Source: Cyanobacteria bacterium P01_A01_bin.123 (GTDB taxonomy: Bacteria > Cyanobacteriota > Cyanobacteriia > Phormidesmidales > Phormidesmidaceae). From it: a stretch of DNA of 19,359 bases. Within the stretch, counting starts at the first letter, position 1. The number at the start of each line of letters is the position of its first letter. The DNA is taken from the NCBI GenBank assembly GCA_039815185.1, contig JBCBZT010000090.1, positions 1 to 19,359 of the forward strand, written 5' to 3'. Below, in pieces: positions 7,828-16,066 of this stretch. The translations under genes and the position numbers were made by a program. Under the pieces are notes generated by a model, which had not been told where the DNA came from, did not search any database, and was given only the letters and a program-made list of their open reading frames with translations.

Positions 7828-7922
7828 GGTCAAAGATCGGTCTTCGGCGATCGCGCTCTACTGATGCAGGCTACAGTTGAGCTAAATGGCTGGCAGCGAC
7901 CATTATTTTCTAGAATGGCAGC

Positions 7923-8252
7923 ATGAACAGTCTTCCAATTGACCTAGCCCCCGACGCCATTCAATACTTTTGTCAGAAATGGCAAATTACGGAGTTGTCA
8001 TTGTTTGGCTCCGTTTTGCGAGACGACTTCCGTCCTGACAGCGATATCGATGTGCTCGTCACCTTTACCCCTGACGCTCCTTGGACCCTGCTGGATCTCG
8101 TCAATATGGAGTATGAACTGACGGATTTGACGGGGCGCGATATCGACCTGCTGGAAAGACAGGCTATTGAAAGTAGCGATAACTGGCTGCGCCGCGACGA
8201 AATTCTTGATACCGCTCAGGTCATTTACTCTGACACCTATGTCCCCGCGTGA
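7923..8252 (+). CDS. mntA: MNT (minimal nucleotidyltransferase) antitoxin
   Basis: FGSVLRDDFRPDSDIDVL (GS-x10-DxD). Confidence 0.9.
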   Translation: MNSLPIDLAPDAIQYFCQKWQITELSLFGSVLRDDFRPDSDIDVLVTFTPDAPWTLLDLVNMEYELTDLTGRDIDLLERQAIESSDNWLRRDEILDTAQVIYSDTYVPA

Positions 8253-8580
8253 TCAAGCATCGCTGCTCGATATTGCCAAGGCCGCTCAGTCAGCCTTAGC
8301 ATTTGTGGACGGCTTGACCCTGGATGACTTTGCCGCCGATGTCAAAACTCAGTCAGCCGTGCTCTATCAAATCGCCGTTGTGGGAGAAGCTGTGAAACGG
8401 CTGTCGCCAGAGTTCAGAACGCAGCATTCAGCCATTGATTGGCGAGCGATCGCCGGGATGCGTGACAAACTCATCCACGACTATGGGAATGTTGATATTA
8501 AACGGGTCTGGGCTACGCTGCAAACCAGCCTGCCTCAGTTGCTTACTGACATTGAGCCGCTTTTACCCACGCGATCATAG
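8239..8580 (+). CDS. hepT: HEPN/DUF86 (HepT-like) ribonuclease toxin
   Basis: GEAVKRLS and WRAIAGMRDKLIHDY (R-x4-H-x-Y); ATG 8239 overlaps the end of MNT. Confidence 0.9.
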   Translation: MSPRDQASLLDIAKAAQSALAFVDGLTLDDFAADVKTQSAVLYQIAVVGEAVKRLSPEFRTQHSAIDWRAIAGMRDKLIHDYGNVDIKRVWATLQTSLPQLLTDIEPLLPTRS

Positions 8581-8726
8581 GCGAGTTGCCAACTGACTCT
8601 GTAGAATTCGTATCTCTGAATTCCTGATACCACAAGCCAGCAGCGTGCCGAATCCTCGCAAAACATCAGGGCTGCCTTGTCGGGAGCAGCGATCGCTGTA
8701 CCATCGCTCCCAACCGTTCCCACGCC

Positions 8727-9488
8727 TTATCCCATGAACGCCACGGTGGTTAGACTGAGACCGACGCAGACCGTCGCTAAAGCGCTGACTACTGACAGCC
8801 GCTGCATAACCCCATTACCGATAGGGAAACTTTCAAGCCACTGTCGTCCATAAACTGCAGCTAACCCCAGGGTAGTGAGTACCGATGCTAGACCTAGACT
8901 AAAGCCACCGATGAGCACTAACCCGTAGGCGATCTGGTGCAGCGCGATCGCGCTCAGCAGCAAGACCAGGGCTGATGGGCAGGGTATCAACCCACCCGAA
9001 ATGCCAATGGCTAAAATTGATGACCAGTCTGCCCTCGGTTGGTCGTCATGGTGATGATGAGCGTGATGGGTGTCGTGGTGGTGATGGTGATGATGATGAT
9101 GTCCATCCCTCAAGCGCATGGCCAGCAAGCGTAGCCCCACCAGACAAATTGCCAACCCACTGACGGCTCCCAATATCGGATAAACCCGGTCGAGATCGAT
9201 GTAATGGGAGGCTAGCAGAGTGGTTACTCCCAAGATGAAAACCGCCAGGGTATGAGTCACCGTAGTGGTTAGCCCCAGCCAGAGAGCGGCCTGCGGGGTG
9301 CCTCGGCTGCCCACCAGGTAAGCTCCCACCAGGGTTTTGCCGTGACCGGGGGAAAGGGCATGCGCCGCACCAAAGACGTAGGCGATGGCAATTCCCGCTG
9401 CGATTGCCATCGGCGTAAACTGCCCGTTCAGCAACGCCGTTAACCGACTGGCCGCCTCGACATGAGCCAGAATGAGCAACGGAGCCAT
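8727..9488 (-). CDS. NicO/RcnA-type (HoxN/HupN/NixA-related) metal transporter with His-rich loop
   Basis: HALSPGHGKT, a poly-His loop and GLIPCPSALVLLL; AGGAGG ribosome-binding site. Confidence 0.88.
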   Translation of the reverse strand: MAPLLILAHVEAASRLTALLNGQFTPMAIAAGIAIAYVFGAAHALSPGHGKTLVGAYLVGSRGTPQAALWLGLTTTVTHTLAVFILGVTTLLASHYIDLDRVYPILGAVSGLAICLVGLRLLAMRLRDGHHHHHHHHHDTHHAHHHHDDQPRADWSSILAIGISGGLIPCPSALVLLLSAIALHQIAYGLVLIGGFSLGLASVLTTLGLAAVYGRQWLESFPIGNGVMQRLSVVSALATVCVGLSLTTVAFMG

Positions 9489-9575
9489 GGTGTTGTCCTC
9501 CTATCAGGAAGTCATAAACTGTGAACGAGATGGGCAAGCAAGAATAGTTGCTATTCTCGCTGTATTTTCCAGTCC

Positions 9576-10127
9576 TCATTTCCCCAAGCCCTTATGAGTG
9601 CGAGTGCAGGTGAAATAGGTGTAGGTTTTGGGCAAACCAGGAGCCTGGGCGAATTCGAATGCGATGACCTGCCATCGAGAACCCGTCTGGGTATCAGGCT
9701 GAAAGGTTACCGGCAAACCATATAAACGCAGCTTGCCGTAGTAGATCTGGCGAAACCAATCAGACCGGGATTCCAGATAGGGGGTCACCAGCTCTCGATA
9801 TCGCTGGGCCAGGGTTATCCCGGTTGCGTGAAACCCCTGATGGTGAACATGATCTAGCGCAGCAAAAATTTCGGCCCGTAGGCTCTCAACTTGTTGGTGC
9901 TGACGATACCATTGGCCCTGCCAGACCCGCCAGTGCCATCCTGAGTCGAGATGGATGATGCCATTCTCAGCAGGATCAACTTCAAACAGACCGTGGCGAG
10001 GGCAGAGATAGGCATTCGTCAACATCAGCGCTGGAATAGAGCGATGGCGAAGCCTCTCCTGTGGAGAATCGCAGCAGGGGCAACGAATGGTTTCGCCTAA
10101 CGCAGGTAAGAGAGAACCCAGGTTCAC
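9576..10127 (-). CDS. DUF2396/TIGR02652 family protein (divergent)
   Basis: CPCC...IPALMLTNAYLCPRHGLFE...HW..W...WYRQH. GGAGG precedes GTG 10127, which overlaps the WD40 stop (GTGA). Confidence 0.75.
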   Translation of the reverse strand: MNLGSLLPALGETIRCPCCDSPQERLRHRSIPALMLTNAYLCPRHGLFEVDPAENGIIHLDSGWHWRVWQGQWYRQHQQVESLRAEIFAALDHVHHQGFHATGITLAQRYRELVTPYLESRSDWFRQIYYGKLRLYGLPVTFQPDTQTGSRWQVIAFEFAQAPGLPKTYTYFTCTRTHKGLGK

Positions 10128-11236
10128 GATAGCGCCTCCGGTTGCTGAGAAAGCCGCTGTCTGGTGTCGGGGCAAAGGGTCCACACCAGCACCTCACCCT
10201 GCTGACCGCCAGCCGCCAGATACTCTCCGGTCGGATGCCAGGTTAAACAGGAAAAGCCATCCTCTGCACCTTCCAGCACTTGAACCGGTTCTACAGCAGC
10301 CTGCCACAGCAGAATCCAGCCATGGTCTGACAGAGAGGCCAGCAATCCGGTTTGGGGCTGAAAGGCCACATCCAGAACCGTGCCTTGATGTAAATCTAGT
10401 ACCCAACTCTGCCACCCCTCATCGGGAATCAGTATCCACATGGCAACCAGATCCCGCGTGGCGGTTGCCAAAATGGGGGAGCGATCAGCATCGGGAATAT
10501 CGGCCCAGGCAAGTTGCCGCACCTTGCCTGGCAGCCCTGCCAGCAGAGCGGGCAAATCGGCTTGATGATCCGAAGATTGCTTTAGGGCACGGACATTGTC
10601 CCATGTGAGGACGCCGACGCTGTTATCCTGATTGGCTGACGCCAAATAGGCTCCCTCAGGGGACCATTTCAAGGCTCGACTGGCAGCCATCAGTTCCCAC
10701 TCATATTGAGGGGAAATCCAGCGAGATGTTGCCCAAATGTGAACCCGTTGCTGAGCCGAAACCGCCAGGTGAGTGCCATCGGGAGACCAGCCTAGATCCT
10801 GCACATTGGCGAGCAATTGCAGGGTGGCCAGGGTTTCACCCTGGTCAGCATCCCAAATATGAACTGTCTTGCCACAGTTATAGGCCAGCCAGGGTTGATG
10901 GGGGTGCCACTGCAGGCGATCAATCCAGGCTGAGCCCCAGGTCAGCGTCTCTACCCGCTCAGGTGAGGCAGCAGACAACCGCCAGAGCGTCACCGCCCCG
11001 GCTTGCCCGGCTGCCGCCAACCACTGACCCTCTCCGGAAAACCCTAGGGCATTAATGGAAGCGCCATTGGCGGCCTGCAGTATGGTTTCTTGAAAGTCTT
11101 CTTGCCACAGAACCACCTCCCCGGCCCCAGACGCGATCGCCAATCGATTCCCGACCGGTGACCAGACCAGAGCGGTAATGTACTCCGACAGCGATCGGTG
11201 AACCTGGAGTTCTACCAGGGGTTTAAGGGAGTGCAT
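10124..11236 (-). CDS. WD40-repeat protein
   Basis: Repeated WSPxG..LA...G.V.LW units across 370 aa. Confidence 0.92.
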   Translation of the reverse strand: MHSLKPLVELQVHRSLSEYITALVWSPVGNRLAIASGAGEVVLWQEDFQETILQAANGASINALGFSGEGQWLAAAGQAGAVTLWRLSAASPERVETLTWGSAWIDRLQWHPHQPWLAYNCGKTVHIWDADQGETLATLQLLANVQDLGWSPDGTHLAVSAQQRVHIWATSRWISPQYEWELMAASRALKWSPEGAYLASANQDNSVGVLTWDNVRALKQSSDHQADLPALLAGLPGKVRQLAWADIPDADRSPILATATRDLVAMWILIPDEGWQSWVLDLHQGTVLDVAFQPQTGLLASLSDHGWILLWQAAVEPVQVLEGAEDGFSCLTWHPTGEYLAAGGQQGEVLVWTLCPDTRQRLSQQPEALS

Positions 11237-11323
11237 AGTGGCGTCTGAACCAACAGGATGAACGCTTCAGAAAACATTACTCAGGGTTGGGGAGGCAGCA
11301 CGAGCGGAATGCGGTGGATTTTG

Positions 11324-11515
11324 TTACGACTCCACTTCAATGACGACGTTGCTGATGTGGGTAATCAAGGTGCGACCATCAGCGGGCATGATTTTGACAT
11401 ATCCGCTGGCAATGCAATATTCCACCGCCGATGACGCTAGCGTTTGGCTCGGAGAAATGAGCATCACCTTGACGTTTTCCAGATAGTTGGTTGCGTAATG
11501 CTGGACGGTAGGCAT
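11324..11515 (-). CDS. Small hypothetical protein (63 aa)
   Basis: Co-oriented between thrS and WD40, with GAGG upstream of the ATG and a beta-rich sequence. Confidence 0.65.
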   Translation of the reverse strand: MPTVQHYATNYLENVKVMLISPSQTLASSAVEYCIASGYVKIMPADGRTLITHISNVVIEVES

Positions 11516-11594
11516 GGACGTTTACCTCATTGCTTAGACAGTATTGTGAAAGCCACCAAGGTTACTTTGAACCTGTTGCAACCGGGAGTAAAAA

Positions 11595-13463
11595 CTAACA
11601 GACAGCCTTTTGAGCGATCGCCGCTTGTAATTTCTCGATCACTTCTGGCACCGTCAGCGCACCCAAATCACCACTCTGACGGGTGCGAATACTCAAAGTC
11701 TGGGAGTCTACTTCTCGCTGGCCGATCACAGCAACAACCGGAATTTTCTCCAGTTCTGCGGTGCGAATTTGCTTACCCAAGCGATCGTCGCTGGCATCCA
11801 CCGCTACTCGCAACCCTTGTTGTTTCAGCGCCTGGGCCACCTGATTGGCGTAATCTCGCTGAGCATCACTCACCGGCAACAGCCGCACCTGCACCGGAGC
11901 CAGCCACAGGGGGAAATCCCCCGCATAGTTTTCCACCAGGATGCCGAAGAATCGCTCCAGGGAGCCAAAAATGGCCCGGTGAATCATAATCGGACGCTGC
12001 CGGGAGCCATCCGCTGCGACGTAGTGCAGATCAAATCGCTCCGGCAGGTTAAAGTCTACCTGTAGGGTAGAGCACTGCCACAGCCGACCGATGGCATCCT
12101 GAATCTTAATATCAATTTTTGGACCATAGAAGGCACCGCCCCCCTGATCAATCAAGTAGGCCCACCCTTTGAGATCAAGCGCTTTTTGCAACGCCGAAGT
12201 CGCCAGCCCCCAAATGTCATCGCTGCCCACAGACTTGGCCGGACGGGTCGAAAGATTCACCTCATAGTCGGTAAAGCCAAAGTCCGACAGAATCTGTTCT
12301 GTCAGGTTCAGCACTCCCAGAATCTCGTCTGTCACCTGAGCTGGCAGGCAGAAAATGTGAGCATCATCCTGGGTGAACCCGCGGACGCGCATTAGCCCAT
12401 GGAGCACCCCAGATCGCTCATAGCGATACACTGTGCCCAGTTCGGCCCAGCGAATCGGCAACTCCCGGTAAGAGTGGAGCTGATGCTGATAGGTCAGCAC
12501 ATGGAAGGGACAGTTCATCGGTTTGAGCTGATATTGCTGCGCTTCCACAGCGATCTGCTCAAACATGTTCTCCTGGTAAAAGTCGAGGTGCCCTGAGGTT
12601 TGCCAGAGGTCGCGATTGGCAATGTGTGGGGTGTAGAGCAGTTCATACCCACCCTGCAGGTGGGCCTGACGCCAGTAGTCTTCGATCAACAGGCGCATGC
12701 GGGCTCCCTTGGGATGCCAGAACACCAGCCCGCCCCCGGCAGCCTCTTGAATGCTAAACAGGTTCAAGGTCTGCCCCAGTTTGCGATGGTCGCGGCGTTT
12801 GGCCTCCTCTTTCTGGGTCAGGTAGGCCTTTAATTGTTCTGGCGTTTCCCAGGCAGTGCCGTAAATGCGCTGGAGCTGCGGCTGAGTTTCGTCGCCCCGC
12901 CAGTAGGCTCCAGCCACACTTTCTAGGGCAAAGGCTTTGGGGTGCAGCTCGCCCGTGTGGTTTAGGTGAGGGCCTGCACACAAGTCCCACCAGCAACGCG
13001 TTGCAGGGCTAGGGGCATTGGCTGGGGGCGGATTGAAGAGAGACGGCTCTACGGTAGTGGGCAGCGAGTCGGGACAGCCGATGTAGTAGCGGGTAATGGG
13101 CTCATCGGCGGGAATGCTGTCGAGAATTTCCAGTTTGTAGGGTTCGTTCAGTTGCTCAATTTCAGCGCGAATGTCATCGCGCTCCACGGTTTCGCGAATG
13201 ATCGGTAGATTTGCTCGAATGATGCGCCGCATTTCGGTTGTGATGCGCTTGAGATCGTCAGGCGTAAATGGCTCAGCTCGGTCAAAGTCGTAGTAAAAGC
13301 CCGTATCTGTGCAGGGGCCAATGGTGACTTTCGTCTCTGGGAACAGGGTTTGCACCGCCATGGCTAATACGTGGGCACAGGTATGGCGAAGCTGCGCTAG
13401 CTGCTCTGCATCACTAGCCAATGAGCTGGCTGCAGACTGCGGACGGGAGACCTGACTGACCAT
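11595..13463 (-). CDS. thrS2: Threonine--tRNA ligase, probably the zinc-starvation paralogue T2
   Basis: RHTCAHVLA, DLCAGPH, RDHRKLG, KPMNCPFH, FTQDDAH, AFYGPKID and IHRAIFGSLERF. A Zur-type box lies 12 bp upstream, as known for cyanobacterial thrS2. Confidence 0.93.
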   Translation of the reverse strand: MVSQVSRPQSAASSLASDAEQLAQLRHTCAHVLAMAVQTLFPETKVTIGPCTDTGFYYDFDRAEPFTPDDLKRITTEMRRIIRANLPIIRETVERDDIRAEIEQLNEPYKLEILDSIPADEPITRYYIGCPDSLPTTVEPSLFNPPPANAPSPATRCWWDLCAGPHLNHTGELHPKAFALESVAGAYWRGDETQPQLQRIYGTAWETPEQLKAYLTQKEEAKRRDHRKLGQTLNLFSIQEAAGGGLVFWHPKGARMRLLIEDYWRQAHLQGGYELLYTPHIANRDLWQTSGHLDFYQENMFEQIAVEAQQYQLKPMNCPFHVLTYQHQLHSYRELPIRWAELGTVYRYERSGVLHGLMRVRGFTQDDAHIFCLPAQVTDEILGVLNLTEQILSDFGFTDYEVNLSTRPAKSVGSDDIWGLATSALQKALDLKGWAYLIDQGGGAFYGPKIDIKIQDAIGRLWQCSTLQVDFNLPERFDLHYVAADGSRQRPIMIHRAIFGSLERFFGILVENYAGDFPLWLAPVQVRLLPVSDAQRDYANQVAQALKQQGLRVAVDASDDRLGKQIRTAELEKIPVVAVIGQREVDSQTLSIRTRQSGDLGALTVPEVIEKLQAAIAQKAVC

Positions 13464-13475
13464 AGAAAGTCAAAA

Positions 13476-13496
13476 TTAAAATGATTATCATTCTCA
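13476..13496 (-). promoter_or_regulatory. Zur-type (Fur family) operator for the thrS2 operon
   Basis: Minus strand reads TGAGAATGATAATCATTTTAA, two overlapping 7-1-7 boxes close to TGATAATnATTATCA. Confidence 0.8.
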
Positions 13497-13685
13497 ATTT
13501 ATCATGGCGATAGAGAATATGTGGTGATTTCTCAAAGGGTGGGCTCCTCAACTTTTACCTGCCGTCAGAGCTGTTCCGCATAGTGAAGATTGTCTTGGTT
13601 CAAAGAAAGCTCCGCATGCCACTTTCCCAAACCGACACTAACTTTACAAGGAGTTCACATATATTTCGGAATACACCGCATATTG

Positions 13686-13706
13686 TGAGAATGATAATCA
13701 TTCTAA
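13686..13706 (+). promoter_or_regulatory. Zur-type operator for the PEP-CTERM genes
   Basis: TGAGAATGATAATCATTCTAA is 20/21 identical to the thrS2 box and lies 22 bp before ATG 13729. Confidence 0.8.
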
Positions 13707-13728
13707 TTAAGTATGTGAGGTTTTCTTC

Positions 13729-14454
13729 ATGCTGAGTCTTGAAAAATCAGTTGGTTCTCTGATTCACAAGAGAGGTTTTGCGATCGCCATCGGAGCAACC
13801 CTGGGTCTATTCACCATCAATCCTGTCCAGGCAGCTACGTTTCGGATTTCATGGACGGGGCAAATTCTGGGCTACAGTGCTGAGGGTCGCTTCAGCTACG
13901 ACGACACTCAAACCTATGAAGACGGGATTGTTCGAGGTGACGATTTAGAAGCGTTTGACATCGCCTTTTACGATCCGCAAGGCACTCTAATTCAAGCGTT
14001 TGAGGATAACCACCTCACCTATTCAGGGTTCAACTTCAATTTCGACACCCAAACCCAGGAGATTCTGCAAGATGGCTTTTTCGATGAGCCTAATGGCATT
14101 GATATTGGAGAATACACGGTCCTGTTCGATGACGCGGGGGAACCCATTGGTGCAACGGGGCTAAATTTCTGGTCAGCGGCTCCATTGACTCCAGATGGGG
14201 AACCCATCCCCCACGTTCACCTAACCGATTTTGGCAATGAGTTTCCTGACCTGCCGATAGGCTTTGGTTCCCATCTCGATGTAGCTTTCTTTACCCGGAC
14301 ACGGGCACAGCTTTTGGATGATCCAGGTGCAGGCGATCAACTCGGCCAAAGGATGATTGCGACCCAGGTACCTGAACCGGGTACATTAGCCGGACTTGGG
14401 GCGATCGCGCTGCTGACTCTGCGTTTACGCCGAACCTCACAAGTCACTCGCTAA
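13729..14454 (+). CDS. PEP-CTERM sorting domain protein
   Basis: Signal peptide ending PVQA-A; C-terminal VPEPGTLAGLGAIALLTLRLRR. Confidence 0.9.
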   Translation: MLSLEKSVGSLIHKRGFAIAIGATLGLFTINPVQAATFRISWTGQILGYSAEGRFSYDDTQTYEDGIVRGDDLEAFDIAFYDPQGTLIQAFEDNHLTYSGFNFNFDTQTQEILQDGFFDEPNGIDIGEYTVLFDDAGEPIGATGLNFWSAAPLTPDGEPIPHVHLTDFGNEFPDLPIGFGSHLDVAFFTRTRAQLLDDPGAGDQLGQRMIATQVPEPGTLAGLGAIALLTLRLRRTSQVTR

Positions 14455-14490
14455 GACCTGACACCAGCGAAAACACTATTCGAGACTTCC

Positions 14491-15462
14491 ATGCCTAAAT
14501 CTTTTTTCCGAATTGCTAGCTGGACGTACGCTTCCTTGGTGGGGACATTGCTGATAGCACCATCTGCTGAAGCTGCTATCTTCTACGCAACGGGGCAACG
14601 CCTGACCCCGTCTGTTCCAGGTATCCATGATGACATTCGCGAAAATTTCTTGTTCGCGGTGGATTCAACAACGGGCATTGCCACGCCCGTTTCACCTGAG
14701 ACCAGTGGATTACCGTCGGCCTTAGCGAGGACAGCTGATCAGCGACTATTAGGCTATCAATTTAGCGGCCAACTGGTGGAGATTGATCTAAACTCTGCGG
14801 CCCAAACCCCCATCGGTCAACCCAATGACCTCACCGCCACCAGTTTTGACATCCTGGAGGATGGTAGAGGATTTATTGTGCCTTTTGACGAGAGCTTCAA
14901 CACCCAGCAACTCCATCAAATTGACACAACCACGGGAGCAGCCGTTCCTCTGGGCCCATCTAAAGCAGTTGGCGATGCGATTGATAATACCCGCGGCACT
15001 CAACTGGGTACAGCCAGTCCTTTTGTAATTAGTCTGGGGTCGGTCGATAATAGCCTTTATGGTATCGACCTTGATACCGAGTCCTTAATTCAGTTTGATC
15101 CAGAGACAGGAGATGCGGCTGTCGTCGGTGAAGTGGGTGCTGTAACCGCAGATGATCGAGCTGTATTTAGCGGTTTTGCCGCGTTGACAGGGGTTGACAG
15201 CGACGCCGATGGCCAGTTTGATGCGCTCTTTGGCAATGTTAACTTTATCGATGATGACAACGATCCCGCAACGCCAGTTCAGCGCTTAGGTGGGATCGCT
15301 CGCTACGACCTGAGCAATGGTTCTTGGGATTTAGTGGGAACTAACCCTGGCGTTATTTTCTTTGGATTTGGGGCATCTCCCGCTGATGTGCCTGAACCTG
15401 CCACCTTAGGCGGGTTACTCCTCATCGGTGGGCTGCTTGGTTGGCGTAGACGGTCACATTAA
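14491..15462 (+). CDS. PEP-CTERM sorting domain protein, beta-propeller-like repeats
   Basis: Signal peptide ending SAEA-A; five L..(I/V/F/Y)D..(T/S/N)(G/A)-type repeats; DSDADG; C-terminal VPEPATLGGLLLIGGLLGWRRR. Confidence 0.9.
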   Translation: MPKSFFRIASWTYASLVGTLLIAPSAEAAIFYATGQRLTPSVPGIHDDIRENFLFAVDSTTGIATPVSPETSGLPSALARTADQRLLGYQFSGQLVEIDLNSAAQTPIGQPNDLTATSFDILEDGRGFIVPFDESFNTQQLHQIDTTTGAAVPLGPSKAVGDAIDNTRGTQLGTASPFVISLGSVDNSLYGIDLDTESLIQFDPETGDAAVVGEVGAVTADDRAVFSGFAALTGVDSDADGQFDALFGNVNFIDDDNDPATPVQRLGGIARYDLSNGSWDLVGTNPGVIFFGFGASPADVPEPATLGGLLLIGGLLGWRRRSH

Positions 15463-15490
15463 CCAACCCCTTTGGATGCGATTTATACCG

Positions 15491-15538
15491 ATAAAGTGCT
15501 TGCCCCAGCGCTCAGAAGTATTGGGGCAAGCACTTTAT
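15491..15538. terminator. Probable bidirectional terminator hairpin
   Basis: 17-bp perfect stem ATAAAGTGCTTGCCCCA / TGGGGCAAGCACTTTAT between convergent genes. Confidence 0.8.
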
Positions 15539-15557
15539 TATTGCTCCACTCCGAGGA

Positions 15558-15797
15558 TCACGGCAGCGAGTCAAAGCTGGAAATCTGAGTAGACGCGGCG
15601 ACATGCGCCTTAACTGCAAGATGGATGAGAAATGCCTCAATTTCTGGAACTCCCATCTCATTGGGATGACGCTTGTTGTGAAACAGAATATAGCGACGAA
15701 TCCAGTAAACGTAGGTTTGCTCAGTGCGATAGGAGTAGTGCTTTAGCCGGATTTGGTCTCGAACTTGATCCAGCAGTTCCCGAGGTTGAGTTTTTAT
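15558..15797 (-). pseudogene. intI: Integron integrase, N-terminal domain only (start codon ATA, truncated after STQ)
   Basis: Hand translation: (I)KTQPRELLDQVRDQIRLKHYSYRTEQTYVYWIRRYILFHNKRHPNEMGVPEIEAFLIHLAVKAHVAASTQ then ISSFDSLP*. This is the typical IntI N-terminus, and it is divergent from the cassette array. Confidence 0.92.
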
Positions 15798-16004
15798 CAG
15801 TGGCAGACGCAGTGTATATGTATTTTTTGCACATATTCACCGTGACATACTGAGGAAACTCAGCAGCTATACTGAAACTTGCAATATGTATACCTAATAT
15901 TTGCGTACTATATGGACAGCCCGCTGCCTATCCACCTAATTTAGCGAGATATACTGCAATTAATCCGTATATCCATCCTGGTTTGGACAGATAGACTGCA
16001 GCTG

Positions 16005-16025
16005 TCGATCTAATAAGAGTTAGCC
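16005..16025 (+). mobile_element. attI site (crossover G|TT at 16019/16020)
   Basis: TCGATCTAAT-aaga-GTTAGCC lies between intI and the first cassette. TTAGCC is complementary to GGCTAA at that cassette's end (16742-16747). Confidence 0.75.
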
Positions 16026-16066
16026 GTCAGATATATCTTGCTTAAGAACTTGAAGATTCTTCGGAT

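Noticed and set aside
9046..9101. (GAT/GGT)n microsatellite
   Set aside because: It simply encodes the poly-His loop of the transporter.
10087..13208. Multiple plus-strand ORFs opposite WD40 and thrS2
   Set aside because: They are antisense shadows of well-supported genes.
15811..15824. LexA box upstream of intI (AGTGTATATGTATT)
   Set aside because: It has three mismatches to the cyanobacterial AGTAC-N4-GTWCT-type consensus in AT-rich DNA, so it is not supportable.
15632..15853. 73-aa plus-strand ORF
   Set aside because: It is the antisense shadow of the intI pseudogene.
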